A stretch of 63,260 bases of DNA, filler included, from Rhabdomonas costata (GCA_019059605.1; 55 parts of 55 records of this genome joined end to end with filler, not necessarily neighbours in it), one strand, 5' to 3'. Shown: positions 1 through 14,495, numbered from the whole stretch's first letter. Numbers and translations: made by a program. Notes: a model not told the origin generated them from the sequence alone.

Positions 1-1052
1 CCGTTGCCACATTTCACTTTGTTTCGCTGCCGTTCCGGAAATTGGGATGGCTTTTTTGGGCCGTCTTGTTAAGACCAGACGCAGCGCCAGGCAGAGCCAG
101 CTAAGAGATGCCCACCACCCGGGAAAACGCCGCTGCTTTCTTGACGCTCCGGCCTCCGCGTGCAAATCTGGCGGAAGGATTGGGCGATTTATTGTCATCC
201 ACAGTGTTTGCAGAAGCGGGGATGAAAATAACTCTCCTGATTCCCCTTCCATCGAAGTCTACCTGGGGGCAGCTTCCAGGAATTCCCGCGGTGCCAGGTA
301 GAAGAAGAATATCCAAAGAAAGAATCTAATTCTTTTGCACCGAGTACAATATTCGAGGAAAATCCATTGAATAAATGAATAAAAAAATGCCAAAATCGGG
401 GAACCAGAGAAACAGTTTGCACAGGTTGTCACAGGTTCTCCAGTAATGAATCCATCAAGAGGAAGTGAACGCCAAGAAGGGTGCACCACACTTCCAAACC
501 ATCTGCAACAACATTCAGCTCGTTAGCTTGGACTTATATCAAGTTGAGCGCGAGGCTCGCTGAAGGAATACCACGGACGAAATAAAAACAATAACCCGAG
601 AACTAGCCGCTAACACCAGATTCCTGCTGTTGGCTTGCCAGGCGCTTACCATTCCACTCCAGAAGAAGGCAAACAAGCCTCCCTATGGAGCAGAACCCTT
701 TGCGATTTGCATGTCATTGGGTTCCCTGCAACTCATAAGACACGAGCGTAAAGCTCAACCTAAATCAACAACAACAAAGAGATGCAACGAGTTGAGAATG
801 CTGGCATCATCAGCCAAAATATCTTGGTAACACAGTCCTAATGAAGAGAGACCACCCAAAGTCAACAGGGCGAAATCGAATGTTCCACCTGAGCAGAGCT
901 TGAAGAGAAAAGAAGGCATAGAAGTAAAACCGAAACCATTCCTGGTCCCACTGCGACGCGAGCCGACGCAGCCACTGCAGCACAGGAGCAGCGCAGCTGG
1001 ATTGCAGCCAGAAGTGATCCACTCCTGGCACGACAACCTGTGAAGAAAGCAA

Positions 1053-1152
1053 NNNNNNNNNNNNNNNNNNNNNNNNNNNNNNNNNNNNNNNNNNNNTTAA
1101 TTAATTAANNNNNNNNNNNNNNNNNNNNNNNNNNNNNNNNNNNNNNNNNNNN
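1053..1152. other. Artificial contig linker N44-TTAATTAATTAA-N44 (first of 54, spaced about 1150 nt apart)
   Basis: Identical 100-nt spacer with stops in all six frames recurs from 1053 to 62110; flanking sequences are unrelated. Confidence 0.99.
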
Positions 1153-1158
1153 TGTGTT

Positions 1159-1344
1159 GGTGGAAATTGAATTGAAACTTCCATATCAAAACCGTTAAAA
1201 GGAACAAAAACACACACATTGTAACCATCCTTCCTTCTCTCAATTCCCGTCTTTTTTTTTCAATCCGAAGAACCCTGGTTACAATGTGTGTGTTTTTGTT
1301 CCTTTTAACGGTTTTGATATGGAAGTTTCAATTCAATTTCCACC
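1159..1344. repeat. Perfect inverted repeat at contig start (likely amplification fold-back)
   Basis: 1159-1227 is the reverse complement of 1276-1344 and begins 6 nt from the contig edge. Confidence 0.9.
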
Positions 1345-2307
1345 GAATCAGCAAAGTCAGTAAGTATTAGTAAACCGGACCCTGAGCCCAGACGCGGTTC
1401 GGGAGACCGATGCCTCTCAGCGGAAAGCCTGTTCGCATCTACTACTTCGGGGTCCCCTTGACGAGGAGCGCAGCAATGGGTCCTGGGGCGTTAAGACATT
1501 TAGGGAACATACTGAGTGCGCGACCCAGCATCGTTAGCAGGTGGTCTCACTCTCACTTGGGCTGGTACTGCCATTTCCCACCTTAGGCCCCTAGGTTCGC
1601 AGTGGTTGCAGGAGTGTAGCGGAGGTAGTGGTACCATCACCATGAGGGCCCTGCCCCACTCAGCTCACATCGCGGGATTGAAGGCCACTCAGGTACTCCC
1701 TCATCTTCTTTCCCTGGCGAGGAGCGCGGTGACGAGTCAGCACCACACTCATCCGTACCAACATAGATGGCATGATTCGGGTGGAGGTGTGCGAGTGACA
1801 TTGCACCGGTAGCCCCCCACCTCAATCACTTCCCTCGAGTGGGTTTATTGTCACCAGCGGTGAGTTTCGCAGGATCCATGCAGGTCGACCTTGGGTAACC
1901 TACTCAGCACTTCTACCACATGCTTCTGACGTGGGTTCATGTCAATCACTGTAGGCTAAGTTGAAATATCCAAAGCATGGTCATGGTTTCACTCCTCCTC
2001 CAGCCACTACTAGCGTAGGAACATGAGGTGTTGAGTTACGCGCGTACCCACCCCAGCTCCACAGACACAGACACAGAGACAGAAATCCAACGACACCACC
2101 AACGACGACAATCCCACCACCGACACCCACACCAACACCAACACCCACCCTCCAACCCACAGGACACAGACCCCAAGCCACGACACAACACAGTCCCCAA
2201 CACCNNNNNNNNNNNNNNNNNNNNNNNNNNNNNNNNNNNNNNNNNNNNTTAATTAATTAANNNNNNNNNNNNNNNNNNNNNNNNNNNNNNNNNNNNNNNN
2301 NNNNTGT

Positions 2308-2507
2308 GGGGATAAGGGGCCCATCCGATAAATGTGTATTAGTAATCTCACTCCCTTACACTTGCAAACAATCCCTGAAAGGGTAAGTGAGGGATTTGCA
2401 GGAATGGGGCAAAAGCTTAACTCCATTGAGCACATGGGAAGTTCTGTTTGCAAGTGTAAGGGAGTGAGATTACTAATACACATTTATCGGATGGGCCCCT
2501 TATCCCC
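2308..2507. repeat. Perfect inverted repeat at contig start (likely fold-back)
   Basis: 2308-2370 is the reverse complement of 2445-2507. Confidence 0.9.
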
Positions 2508-3692
2508 GCTCCATAAAACAATCGTGATCGTGAGAGTGTGAACAAACACAGGGAATGACATGGGATGCCATGGGGTGTGGTGGGATGCGAGACACACGGG
2601 ATAAAGAACTGAAAACAATATATGTGCTATACCAGATTGGTCCACCATCTCCTGAAGCGCAGCTAATACAGCCCGTGGCCACCGAAGGGCCAATCTTGTC
2701 TTGTCTGAGAAAAATTCCGCGAAGAATTGAAGGCAACGCCCGCATGCGAGATTTCAGCATCGCATCATGCAAAGCACTCTCCACCACTGGAAATCATGAT
2801 TGCCCGCGCAAACTCAGCCCCAAAGTTGAACTGGCCAAAGTGCCGGACAATCCTATATACAACATTTCGAGTGCCAGGACCCCTAAACACCGCCGAAACA
2901 ATCAGCCCCGAAATGAAAAAGTGGAGTAACTGTTCAGCGCTTCAACTGGACAAGCCACCCCCCTCCACACTGCCACAATCAATTCACACCGCTTCGCAAG
3001 AGGAACTCGGCAAATCGAAGTGGTCCCAAAGTTGTGGTCCCCTTTGAGAGAAAGAGAGAATCCACATTCGCACATTACGAAGAGCGTATGTGAACAGCTA
3101 ACAAAGCAGTCACCAGCAGAGCACATGCTCATGAAGGGATATACAATAATAAGGCAGACACACGAAAGTGAGCGCCAAATCCGAAATCCAACCGCTGACA
3201 CAGGCGCTCCAAATATGTACGTATTTATATTTAAAAGAAACTATCTATAGTTGTATGCGGGACAAGAAAACAAGTGTAAGTGCAGAGCGAAGACAAAGCA
3301 AAGCAGCACCAGAGGTTATCCCCCGAGCCTCACATTTGACTTCTTCACCAAAACCCNNNNNNNNNNNNNNNNNNNNNNNNNNNNNNNNNNNNNNNNNNNN
3401 TTAATTAATTAANNNNNNNNNNNNNNNNNNNNNNNNNNNNNNNNNNNNNNNNNNNNTGTGGGCTGGGTTACGAATGGAATTGCTGAGGGGGCGGGGGCGG
3501 AATCCGCATCGACGGCGTTGGGCGCTGATTGCCCCGCGCTTTGTCCTTCTTTTTGCGGGGATGCAGGATTCCTTCTGTGCTTTTTGTTGTGTTTGGTAGC
3601 GCGGCGTTGCCTGCGCGCGTGTGCGTTATCCCGCACGTGTGACTGAGGAGGTGCGGTGCGTTGGGGTGAGGAGGAGCGGACGTGCCCACATA

Positions 3693-4478
3693 ATGAGTGG
3701 CCACTCTGTTACGGGGGTGGCCCTGGGCAGGGCAGCGCCTCCAGTCAAGTACGTCGTGGTCAGCGGAGGGGTGTGCAGCTCCCTCGGCAAAGGTATCAGG
3801 GGGAGGAGGGTTAATCTCCAGGACGTACGTTGCTGATGGCCGATCTCTCGCTGTAAAATGCTGTGCTGAAGCTATTTTTAGCTAACTGCTGGATATGAGT
3901 CCGGCTACATTCAAGGTACTACTGAGTTCATTCAAGGAACTCAAGCAAGCAACTGACAAACTGGCGAATTCTTATATCACCATCAAAGCGTCACCCATGT
4001 TGCCCAGTTGGTCATCACCGCCCCTTCCACCGCGCCCCCCTCCCCCCAAAGTACCGTACTTAAACTCATTCGGAGGTGGTTTTTGATACTCCTGTCCCTA
4101 TATTGGGTGGTGTCAAAGGGGTATCAAGGTATCCCCGAATTTTCTGTGACAGAGGATCGTTGCAAAGGTCAGCTAGGTCTGGTGTTCGTGAGCTTGCAGA
4201 TGCTTACCATTTTTCTGCTTACCATGTCGCGCGCGCAGACACACACACACACACTTGCACTTCAGACAGGATCCAGGTTCCAGGTCACACACGCAGCTCA
4301 CAAGTCAAGGGACCACCATAGGAATGTCACGCCCGATTCTCGTCAGCCAGCACTGCCATACCCGCAACGCATGCACACACACAGGGGTGACGGCCTCCTC
4401 CATTGGAGCGGTGCTGAAGACGTACGGGTACCGCGTCACCGCGATCAAGATCGACCCATACGTCAATACTGACGCGGG
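3693..4478 (+). CDS. CTPS: CTP synthase, first two exons (3693-3792, 4385-4478)
   Basis: Spliced product ..[47 protein letters not shown] matches the CTP synthase N-terminus; phase-1 GT-AG intron 3793-4384 joins the frames; next donor GT at 4479. Confidence 0.95.
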
Positions 4479-6622
4479 GTATGCCAGATAAAAGAAGACC
4501 AAAACCACNNNNNNNNNNNNNNNNNNNNNNNNNNNNNNNNNNNNNNNNNNNNTTAATTAATTAANNNNNNNNNNNNNNNNNNNNNNNNNNNNNNNNNNNN
4601 NNNNNNNNATCGAATTTCGTGTTTCGTTTATCGTGTTTATCGTTATTTGTGGGCGTGGGGCCGATTTTGGTCACTTTGATTTCGTTACACGATTCTCCGT
4701 GGAATAGAGGAATAGAGGGCGAACCGCATGCCCCCTGCGACTTCGACGTACGACTCGCCATGGGTTCGAGGACGATTGACGTGCTCCGATCCTGGACTCG
4801 CCGGGGAATAGAGGGTGGTCCCTGTGCCCTCTAAGGCCTCCGATACTCGTCTCTACGTGGAATAGATGGTGATCCCCATCCCCCCTGGGGCTCGGATACT
4901 CGTCTCGCCGGAATTTGATGGCGATCACGGTGCCTCCTGGGGACTCCGACGCATGACCCACCACGGTTGTTATGCACCAGGTGGTGGGGTGCTTTCGTGC
5001 GGAAGAGCGTGCCGGTGAGGCGCAGCCCTTTCTGTTGTATTGTGGTGGCGGGGGTTCACTGGTGCATGCTGCAGTTGTGTGCTTGTTCGTTACTTGTGAT
5101 ACGGTGCGCCGACCGCTCACTTAAAACTGTTGTCGGATGTTTTGGTGCGTGTGCGTTGTAATGTGTCTTGCCAAGTATGGCGTTCAACAACGAAAACTTC
5201 CCGGTCCATATGTGCATGGTCGAAGTTATATACGGGGACGAGTAATGGAGATTGTCGATCCGTAGAGCCTAGTGGGGCAAAATTACTTGCATGCAGCGAA
5301 AAAAAGGACAAGGGAGGAGGAGATTACTGGGTACGAAGCCGCGGAAGAGATGTGCTGAGGGGCGCAAGCCAAATAGAACGGGAGCTTGGTGAGAAACCGC
5401 CCGGAGACATAGGCCACGCGCCAAAGGTTTACAATAATAAAGCGGTATCGTCGCATGTAAAAGGAAGTTTTGGCACACGAGAGGTGCCGTAAAACCAAAA
5501 AAATCCTCGATTCCTGCTAGCAGCGCCGCGGCAGTAGCGGCAAATGGCCGCTCTTTCCAAACTTTTTCAGCGGTTTTTTTGGTGAAGATGTCCTTTTATG
5601 ATATTAGCTGTAATGAAGTTTTGGAAGATAACTAGAAGAAGGTTTGGTTTGATTTGCGTTATTCTGTNNNNNNNNNNNNNNNNNNNNNNNNNNNNNNNNN
5701 NNNNNNNNNNNTTAATTAATTAANNNNNNNNNNNNNNNNNNNNNNNNNNNNNNNNNNNNNNNNNNNNTTGGTTTTCCGTTTTGACTTTTTTTTATTATTT
5801 ACGAAAGTGGATGCTTTAACGCAGAGACTGAGCACGACGGTTTGCATAGCCTCGAGTACTTCTCAGCCCTTTTCTTAGTTGTTTTGAACCCTCAGTTTGG
5901 TTCTGCTTTTGCACTGGGTCCTGAACGGCCACAACTTTGTGAATGTTCTCGCAGAAGACAAAACAGGCCGAAAATGCCGGGCAACAACCGTTGTTGAAGA
6001 AGAGGATAGTGCAAAGAGAGGTGGGGTGGTTGAACTCAAGAATGAATCAAGGAGAGCGCATTCAAGCAGAGGCTTCTCCCTCCTACGCAACCTACGCGAA
6101 GCACTTTTGGCACTTTCTCTTTCTACGGGGCACGCGACTAGGCCCTTTTGGAGAAGTACGGGCAGCGGCAGACAGAAATGGACCGAGTGAAGCGGGCGGC
6201 GGCCTACGTTGGGCTCGAGCTGACCAGCCAGAAGGCTCGCCGCCAGCGAGAGCCTGTCGGGCCCCGGGGCACGGGCTCCTCTGCGAACTCCGGCAAGGGT
6301 GGCTCTCCTGCATAGGCTGAGCCACTGAACGACTCCTTTTATCCTTAACCTTTTCACCGTGTGACTTTGTGATTGTGATTTTTTTCGGTGCTCCCGATCG
6401 AAAGATTGCGCTCGGTGTCGGTGAGATGTTAGAAAGCAACTCTCATTTGCCCTGACGACGGTATCCAGCCGAATGCGCTTTTCTTGTGCTTTAATATGCG
6501 ATTCCATCAAATGCGAAGACGATTTGATTGAAGATTGACAATTTTTGCTTCGATCTTCTGCAGCACTAGTTGACCCTCCTTCCCTGAGAGTCCATTTTTT
6601 CACGGGTGTTTGCTGTTTTGTC

Positions 6623-6814
6623 GTGGTTAGCTCGTGCTTTGAATATGTTGAATATACTAAGCTGGCAAGACCCAATGGTAAGAGAATGCACAGCTCCCTG
6701 GACTGAAGTTCATGTTGCTTTCTACGGGACACAGGCCAGGGAGCTGTGCATTCTCTTACCATTGGGTCTTGCCAGCTTAGTATATTCAACATATTCAAAG
6801 CACGAGCTAACCAC
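6623..6814. repeat. Perfect inverted repeat at contig end (likely fold-back)
   Basis: 6623-6701 is the reverse complement of 6736-6814. Confidence 0.9.
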
Positions 6815-7932
6815 CACACNNNNNNNNNNNNNNNNNNNNNNNNNNNNNNNNNNNNNNNNNNNNTTAATTAATTAANNNNNNNNNNNNNNNNNNNNNNNNN
6901 NNNNNNNNNNNNNNNNNNNTTGTTACAACGGTTGATGAATCAAATGGTCAGTGTTCTATATTTCCAAAACCCGAGCCACTTGGGTGAGGTTGAGCGTACA
7001 TTGAACTAAAAATGAAAAGCGACATGGAAGGGAAAGCTGAGACAGTGAAAGGAAAGTTGCACCAAGAAAAGGTGGTGGTGAAGGGTCGCGGTTGTGAAGT
7101 GCACAGAAGCACAGAACTGCAGAACTGCACGGCACGCAAAAATCACTCGGAAGTGCGATTTTTTGTTTGGCAGCACCGCACACCCCGCAAGAAAATGAGA
7201 TGGAAGTGAAAAACCACGAAACAAGCGAGCAACAATAAGAGGGGATGTTTTCTGGTGCTCCATTCTGTGACAGTTAAGCTAACACAACAACAAGAAGGCG
7301 CGATAAAGCAAATTGAAGCAGTACAAAAAGGCAGCTTGCTGTCAGATGAAAGGTAGAGGCATTTGAGTCGTTTAAATCGTGAATGGCGCATGGGACCGGC
7401 ACCAGTAACGCTCCTTTCGCTGAGCCGAAGCGCTGATAGACCTCCGCCGCCGCCGCCTCTTTTTTCCACAGTCCAACGCATCGGTAAAAAAGGTTATAAG
7501 TTTGGAAATTAGGACAAAATCTGTAAGTAGAAGGAGAAGCATTCCAGTAAACCTTACCGCTAACATAGGAACCACCCACGACACAAACCCAACATTATAT
7601 GCCAACCACCATACTTTGTCCGATACCCAGTACATATATTCCTGTGGTGGTTGATCTTTCGGCTCTCCCTTAACAAAGCGCAAAAGGGGACGACGTCAGT
7701 AGAAAGTAAACCTAAAAAGCAGGCTTCTTTTTATTTTCTTTAGACTCGTTTGGGTAGTCGCACCCCGGCCCTTAATGACTATCTGTTCAGGGCCAAAGTC
7801 CTGAAAGTGAAAGGTGGGAACCAGCAAAGGCGTTTCTTCTGCGCTGACTGACCAAAAGACTGACCAAAACACAACATAAGAGGGGGCTTTCGTGATGCTT
7901 GAAGGAACACGCATGTGAGCATAGAAACAAAC

Positions 7933-7963
7933 AAACCTAAACCTTAACCTTAACCCTAAACCC
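7933..7963. repeat. Degenerate telomere-like (CCCTAA/CCTTAA/CCTAAA) tract
   Basis: aaacctaaaccttaaccttaaccctaaaccc near the contig end; only about 4 imperfect units. Confidence 0.4.
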
Positions 7964-9692
7964 CAACAACCNNNNNNNNNNNNNNNNNNNNNNNNNNNNN
8001 NNNNNNNNNNNNNNNTTAATTAATTAANNNNNNNNNNNNNNNNNNNNNNNNNNNNNNNNNNNNNNNNNNNNTTTGTGGTTGCGCGCCTCTGCCCGGGGAC
8101 GACGGCGACCCAGACTCTTCTTTCTCTATCCGCTTCTCTCTTTGTGCCGCTGCCGTGCCCGCCGTTGTGCACACTTGAGGACGGATCCTTTATTGTTGTA
8201 CAGTGAAATTTCAGTGCTTTTTTGCCTCACATTTTGGGTTTGGAAATATTCGAGAATGGGAGGGAGGGGAGGGGGAGTGAGCCTCGGGTACTGCTCGCTT
8301 TCTTTTCGCTGACCGTCCCGAGAATTCGACCTTAGAGTTGGGCATTCATAACGTTTCTGCAGGTGAGATCAGCTCAGGGCACACCTTCAAACAATGCCAA
8401 TTAGTATTTTTCAACGAAGCCCAGTATCCTAACTTTTTCTTTTTGAATTGCCTTTGCTCTGCCGCACCAAGGGGAATAGGACTTTGGCAACCTGTATTAC
8501 AAGGTAATCCTGACATGCTCTGTCCTTAACTTCCCTTTACAACGGACATGAACGACGTTTTCTCAAGAACTTTGCGTATAAAAACGACGCAGGTCTGTAC
8601 TTAAAAGACGTGGTTGGTACCCTTTGAAGAAGTGTTTGAGACCTTCCGGGTTGCAGCTTCTGCGGCTGACCTTGCAGTTCTCTTGCAATGCTTGCCCAGA
8701 GCGATATAGCAGCCGCCAGCAAATGACGCCGCTCCTCGTTCCACGGTTCACGCAGCACACCAACATATCAAGTCAAAAGATTGTCCCCTTCACTTCAAAA
8801 ATGACTTTTCCAATACAGCATTTCGGAATGAATGGAAAACAAATGGAAACCCGTCACTCACCATTTTCTGAGTTTCTGGGGTGTTACCTTATATTCAGCT
8901 GGCTGCCTCTGGTGAACATATCTGTTGATGTGATAACAAAGCATGCCTGCCTTCCAACCAGCCATCCTCACAAGTAGCCTCGGCATTTAAGCAGTACCTT
9001 GCGTGACTTGTGGACCCCAAAATTTTGAGTGCAGGTCTGGCGCTGCATACCAGTTTTGCATGGGGATGGTTCGTCGTGGTCCAAAGCTCCTCTCCTCTGC
9101 GGGAGGTCTTTGTGCTCTTAGAANNNNNNNNNNNNNNNNNNNNNNNNNNNNNNNNNNNNNNNNNNNNTTAATTAATTAANNNNNNNNNNNNNNNNNNNNN
9201 NNNNNNNNNNNNNNNNNNNNNNNAGTACCTTGGGGTGCAGTTCGGGCAGCTGCTGAAGAAGTCCGCGCTGAATTACTGGCGGTAGGTGGTGGTTGCGCCT
9301 TCAGCAGTGACCTTGACCTTGGAGTGGGAGGGGTGATGTCTACCATAGGGCAGGGCAAATTGCTACCAGCAGATGATTCGATAATAGCAAGTCATCAACA
9401 CGGTCCCAATTGCGGCGCAGCGTGGGCAGCGGGGGAGTGGTGCGCAGCGTGCCGGTATCTGTTGACGTTCCCCTCAACCCATGTCAATGTACAAGAGCTG
9501 CCATAAATGGAAGAGCGTGCCCTGGCCTACAGCCAACACATAGCGTAAGCCTTTGATGGGTCGGCCGATCATTGGGCTCATCCATTGTGCGTGTGGCTCG
9601 TTTACTCCTCCTTTTCAGCGGTATGTAAAGAGTCGAGTGTATGCGTGTGAAGTTGTGTTTGAGTAGGAGGCGGGGGGGGTGGGGTCGCCTAG

Positions 9693-9838
9693 GTCTCCCA
9701 TGTACAACCACGTGAGGCTGGTCGTGGTTGTCTCGATGGCCCTAATCATTGGGCTGGCCTTTCTGCAGCTTCCCGTGAATGAGCAGTGGGGTAGCCTCTC
9801 GGCCTTCTCGGCGCAGTTCATGGCACTGATCTTTCCAG
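9693..9838 (+). CDS. ABCG/PDR transporter, ABC-2 membrane domain exon
   Basis: (R)SPMYNHVRLVVVVSMALIIGLAFLQLPVNEQWGSLSAFSAQFMALIFPG resembles the PDR WRSPxYNxVR..ALIxGxxF helix; AG acceptor at 9691-9692; 3' boundary uncertain. Confidence 0.75.
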
Positions 9839-12800
9839 GCTTGTGCTCACGAGCACGAGCACGAGCGTTAGCTGCAGCACTGTCACCACCTTGCGGTGGA
9901 GTAACTGTAGCCTGTGTGTGTAGCTTGTGACCGAAAGGCGCGCGGAAGCTGCAGGCGTGTGCTCAAGTTCTCGGAATTCATGCGATCGCCAGTTGGAATA
10001 ATGCCTGACTGAGTAATAATCAGGCTACTCGGGCCTGAAAAAAATTCCCGAGGTCCTCTGATTGTGACGATGTGACGGTGAGAGGAATGCAGGAAAGCAG
10101 CATTGCTCTGCCCATAAGTAGGTTCTGAAAAGACAGCTGCACGCACGCCGTTGACGCAGCGGTCGTCGAGACCACGCGCGCCACCCCAAAACTCGGAATG
10201 TCAGGGGTAGGCTGCAAGGGCCGCGCTGGGCGAAATCCGGACTTTCGAGAACGCACACATTCACTGGGACCAAACNNNNNNNNNNNNNNNNNNNNNNNNN
10301 NNNNNNNNNNNNNNNNNNNTTAATTAATTAANNNNNNNNNNNNNNNNNNNNNNNNNNNNNNNNNNNNNNNNNNNNTCGTACAGATTTCTTAGGAAACAAA
10401 GGGAAGGGAAGAGAGAGGAAGGCTTCAGACGAGAGAAGGAAAGTTTGTGGGATGGAAAATGGTGGGAAATGATGAGTTTTCATTTGGTATACCATCTGAA
10501 AAATTTCCCATTATTCTGTATTTGTTGGATCTCTTTTTGATGATTTATTTGATGATCTTTCGCAGTTTTGGAAGAAAGTCGCCGCAATGCTGGAGCTCAC
10601 GCTGGTGACCCCCCACACACACTTCTCCTCAAGTAACCAGTCAACCAGGCAACAGCCAGCGCGCAATGCGCCCAACACACACTTCTCCTTTCCTGGCTCG
10701 ACAGTATTGCCATCGTGCCGTTGTGCTCCTTTTTCCCCCTTTGCATTTTCCACGTTTATCTCCACTCGTGCGCTATGGGTTTTTGTGGGTGCACAGTTCT
10801 GATTCCTCTAATCACTGTCAATTGAGGCGATATGAGAAACGTTCTGAGCCTGGGATGTATGGTCGTTGATGTTTGCATGGGGATGTTTGACCTTTTCTTT
10901 GCCTTGAACTTCATTTCTCCACTGGACGAAACTCCGGTCAGTCCGCCTCCAGGCAACTGGTGTCCCCAACCAAGCACGTGGCCCTTATAATTCACAGGGG
11001 AAGTTCTGGTTGGGGTTAGTCCGATTTAGGTGCCTGATAGTATCCGAACCATGTGTTTACCCTGTTCACCCAACTCAGTGTGGGCAAAGCATCGCAAAGA
11101 TGATCCCATAGAGGTGGGCAGCACTGGTTCCGGGTGAGTGCGTCCGTAATTTGTTAGCATTAATAAACGAGAAGTTGTCTTCTGTGTTATTGAAGTTGTT
11201 TCGCTGCCTTTTTCAGGCGAGGGAGGGCTTCCCTTTCCCGATCTAATTTTTTCAATCCGATCAATTAGAAATCGCTCACCACCCCGCACGCACGCTTCAC
11301 GGGAGTCTAAGAGTGAGATCAACGTTTGTAAGCGAATCAGAATACAAGGAACCGTTTGTAAACGTCTGTGTGTGTGTGTCTCTAAACGCGCCAGTCGGGG
11401 TTCCCAAGGCCCCGCGTACACCCACAANNNNNNNNNNNNNNNNNNNNNNNNNNNNNNNNNNNNNNNNNNNNTTAATTAATTAANNNNNNNNNNNNNNNNN
11501 NNNNNNNNNNNNNNNNNNNNNNNNNNNGGTGGTGCTTCCCGTGGTGGTGTCGGCTCCCCGGCCATCGCCTTCGCCATTGCATCGGCCACCTCAATTCCAC
11601 CCGCTGATCACGCCGCGGACTCACCCTGGAGGCCCCTCCGCCTCCTCGGGTCCACCAGATGATGAGCCGTGGCCCTGCCCGCACAACAACCGGTGGAAGC
11701 GGCTTCGGTCGAAGAAGGTGTTTTCTTCTCCACATATCCGTGTCATTCTCTTATGGCGCGCTCTCCCATTGGGGATGCGCGAGTTCCTTCGCTCGCTCAC
11801 TGATGGTTCTGGGTCTTGTGCCGGTATCGGAGGGAAGGGGTGGAAGGGGTGCTTCCAAAGAGATCGATGTGCGTGAGTTTGCATGTGGTATGTGGTGCTG
11901 CCAATGAGGGAGGAGCGAGAGCGGCAGCGAGACGAAGGGCATGGTGGTTGTGGGTGGTTTTGTCTTGGGGAGTTCAGCGGTCGGCGACACTTGTACAGGG
12001 CTGCGGGGTTGAGGCAGTCGCAACGTTTGTTAGAATTGACAATGGCCACCCCATGAATGTCCCAATTCAGCCTCCCGCCGGCCGCGCCGACTGACTGGCC
12101 TCCATTCCGAAATAAGCCTTTTGCGTTGTGCGTCCGTCACCCAACCTCCCGCAAAGGATTTGTCTGGTTTGTTGCGGATACCCTTGTGTGTATGTCGTTA
12201 AGTGGCCTCTGCTCACAAACTAATCCTATCGCAGTTGTCTATAAAAGCAAATGTCTTGTCCATCGGACACCAGTATGCTTTAGAGGGAGGGAGGGGGGAG
12301 AGGGTGCAGGAGACCAGTACCCACCGTATGGATATGGGGCGGAACGTATCTGCGGGCGCTTCAGTGGGGATGGGAAACATTCCTTGCTGTGGAGGCATTC
12401 TTTCCGAGTGGTGCGGCTGGTGGGCTCTGAAGCGCGGCTGAATTTTGGTGTCTGGTGCCCTTCTGGGCCCTTTTTCTGGCTGACAGCCCACGATTGTCCA
12501 TCCTGCGTTGACACACTCACAGATGCCAGGATGGAAGGGTGGGTCAGTGCGCGTTGTCTGTGTCGTATTTTGCTCTGATNNNNNNNNNNNNNNNNNNNNN
12601 NNNNNNNNNNNNNNNNNNNNNNNTTAATTAATTAANNNNNNNNNNNNNNNNNNNNNNNNNNNNNNNNNNNNNNNNNNNNTTGTGGGTGTTTCGCCGAGCA
12701 GTTTGTAATGGGTATGCATTGGATGTGTGTGTGCTCAGGGGCCGACGGGAGACTCAGCCGTCGAGCGTCCCCCAGCCGTAAGCTCTCTCCTGCAAAGGTG

Positions 12801-12842
12801 ACAGCTCTTCCTGCCTACCCCGATTTTTTGTTTGGTAAGTTA

Positions 12843-13089
12843 CACCCAAAAGAAAATGGTATGTCACAGTTTTCCAACTCGTTTTAGCCCATACAAATGC
12901 CGTTTTCGGGAACATGTTATGTGGGGAACCCTAAAAAGCAGTTTGAAGTATGAAGTGCTTTGAAGCGACGACTACGGGGAAGGTGATGTTGATTTTTTTG
13001 AATGGAGATATCTGTGACCGGCTGTTTGTGGAGAAGGGTACATAAGGTCCGATAAAAACCCACCATGGTGATTTTCTGAGTTTACGGTG
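12843..13089. mobile_element. Short TIR element (MITE-like), CACC...GGTG flanked by TA
   Basis: Right end ttctgagtttacggtg and left end cacccaaaagaaaatggtatgtcaca resemble the ends of elements at 20411-20538 and 38246-38393. Confidence 0.55.
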
Positions 13090-14495
13090 TAACGTACTTT
13101 ATATAGTGGCCGTCTCAGGGGGCAAAATCCTCGCCTTTTGGTGTAAAATGACATTAGCGGACCGTGGGGCTCGGCCAATGCCACAGTGCCTCAAAGCGAA
13201 GGACGCGATGCTTCCCGTACTCTCCTCCACAGCCAGGAGATGTCCGAGATGTCGTCGGGTCCGAGACCTAAGGCCTCACGCGTTCTTCGGAGAAAAAGTA
13301 AGGAAGGGTTGTGTAAAGGGAGCAGCAGAAAACGGTAAAGAAAACATGGGGTACAGTGGGAAGCAAATTAAAACAAACAACCCTCCCTCCTCATCACAGT
13401 GGCACTGTTCCAGAGCTTGGTCCACGACACAGATACAGAGAAGCACGAAAGAATGCCACGAAACCCTGGGAATGAAACAAAAACGGGAATCAACGCAAAG
13501 TTATGGAAGAGTTATTGTGGCGCGGACAATACCCGGGAGCGTTGTTTTCCGCTGAGCCCACTGCCCACTGCCCCGTTCCCCTCCTAGCCACACCGAAGCC
13601 CAGCATGAACTTCAGCAGTGGTTTGGAGATGGGGTGGTACTCGCCCAGACATCCACACGTCGGGAGGATGGTAGGGGAGGGGGCTTGACTAGCGACGAAG
13701 GGAACCAGTCAAGCCCCCACCCCCACNNNNNNNNNNNNNNNNNNNNNNNNNNNNNNNNNNNNNNNNNNNNTTAATTAATTAANNNNNNNNNNNNNNNNNN
13801 NNNNNNNNNNNNNNNNNNNNNNNNNNTGAAGGCGCTCAATGGAGACCTGAGGGTGCAAAGCCACGTCATTTCATATTCACACACATGCTCAGCACAGCAT
13901 TGGGAGGACAAGACACGGCGATATTCAAAGAAAAAACAAGGGAAACGCTACGCCCCAACTCAGGAAAGTAAAGGATGTTCTCATCCCTAGGATTGAATGC
14001 GGCACTTCTGAACGTCGGAGTTAGGTCCGCCGTCAGTCTGCATTTTCCAGCGGAACGCGGACGGGTGGATAACACTATACTAGAACAATAGGAACACCAA
14101 TTCAAATCGTTGCTGGCACACCGTGCAGGTGGGTGGACGGTGTGCGAACCTACAGTTCTTTCTCTTACCAAAGCCCAAGCTCAAGGAAAAGCAATGTAAA
14201 GCAAGGGCAAAAACAAATGGTGCTTCCAAGCCCGTGTAAAGGAAAAAAGGGCACAAAAAACCCCAAAATGGCCCTGAAATGGCCTCTAGCGTGGCTCTAA
14301 ACCGAATTTTCCGGGACCACTCCGGTGCCAGCATGAAGTACTCCTGGGCTCTACCCTTAGGTATGTTAAGCAGGCCCGGCCGAAAGCTTAGGCTCAGTAT
14401 GCAGGCCTGCAAAGGTAGAAAGGTAGGAAAAGTGCACCTCAGGCCATTGAAAATTGAAAAAACAGTCGAAAATGCCGCATCGGCGCATGGCAGAC

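Noticed and set aside
5875-6819. Longest ORF in the track (314 aa, minus strand)
   Set aside because: Runs through the fold-back artefact and has no recognisable domain.
9324-9360. GGVMSTIGQG as a second CTP synthase
   Set aside because: No KYxxV motif before it and no continuation after it; chance similarity.
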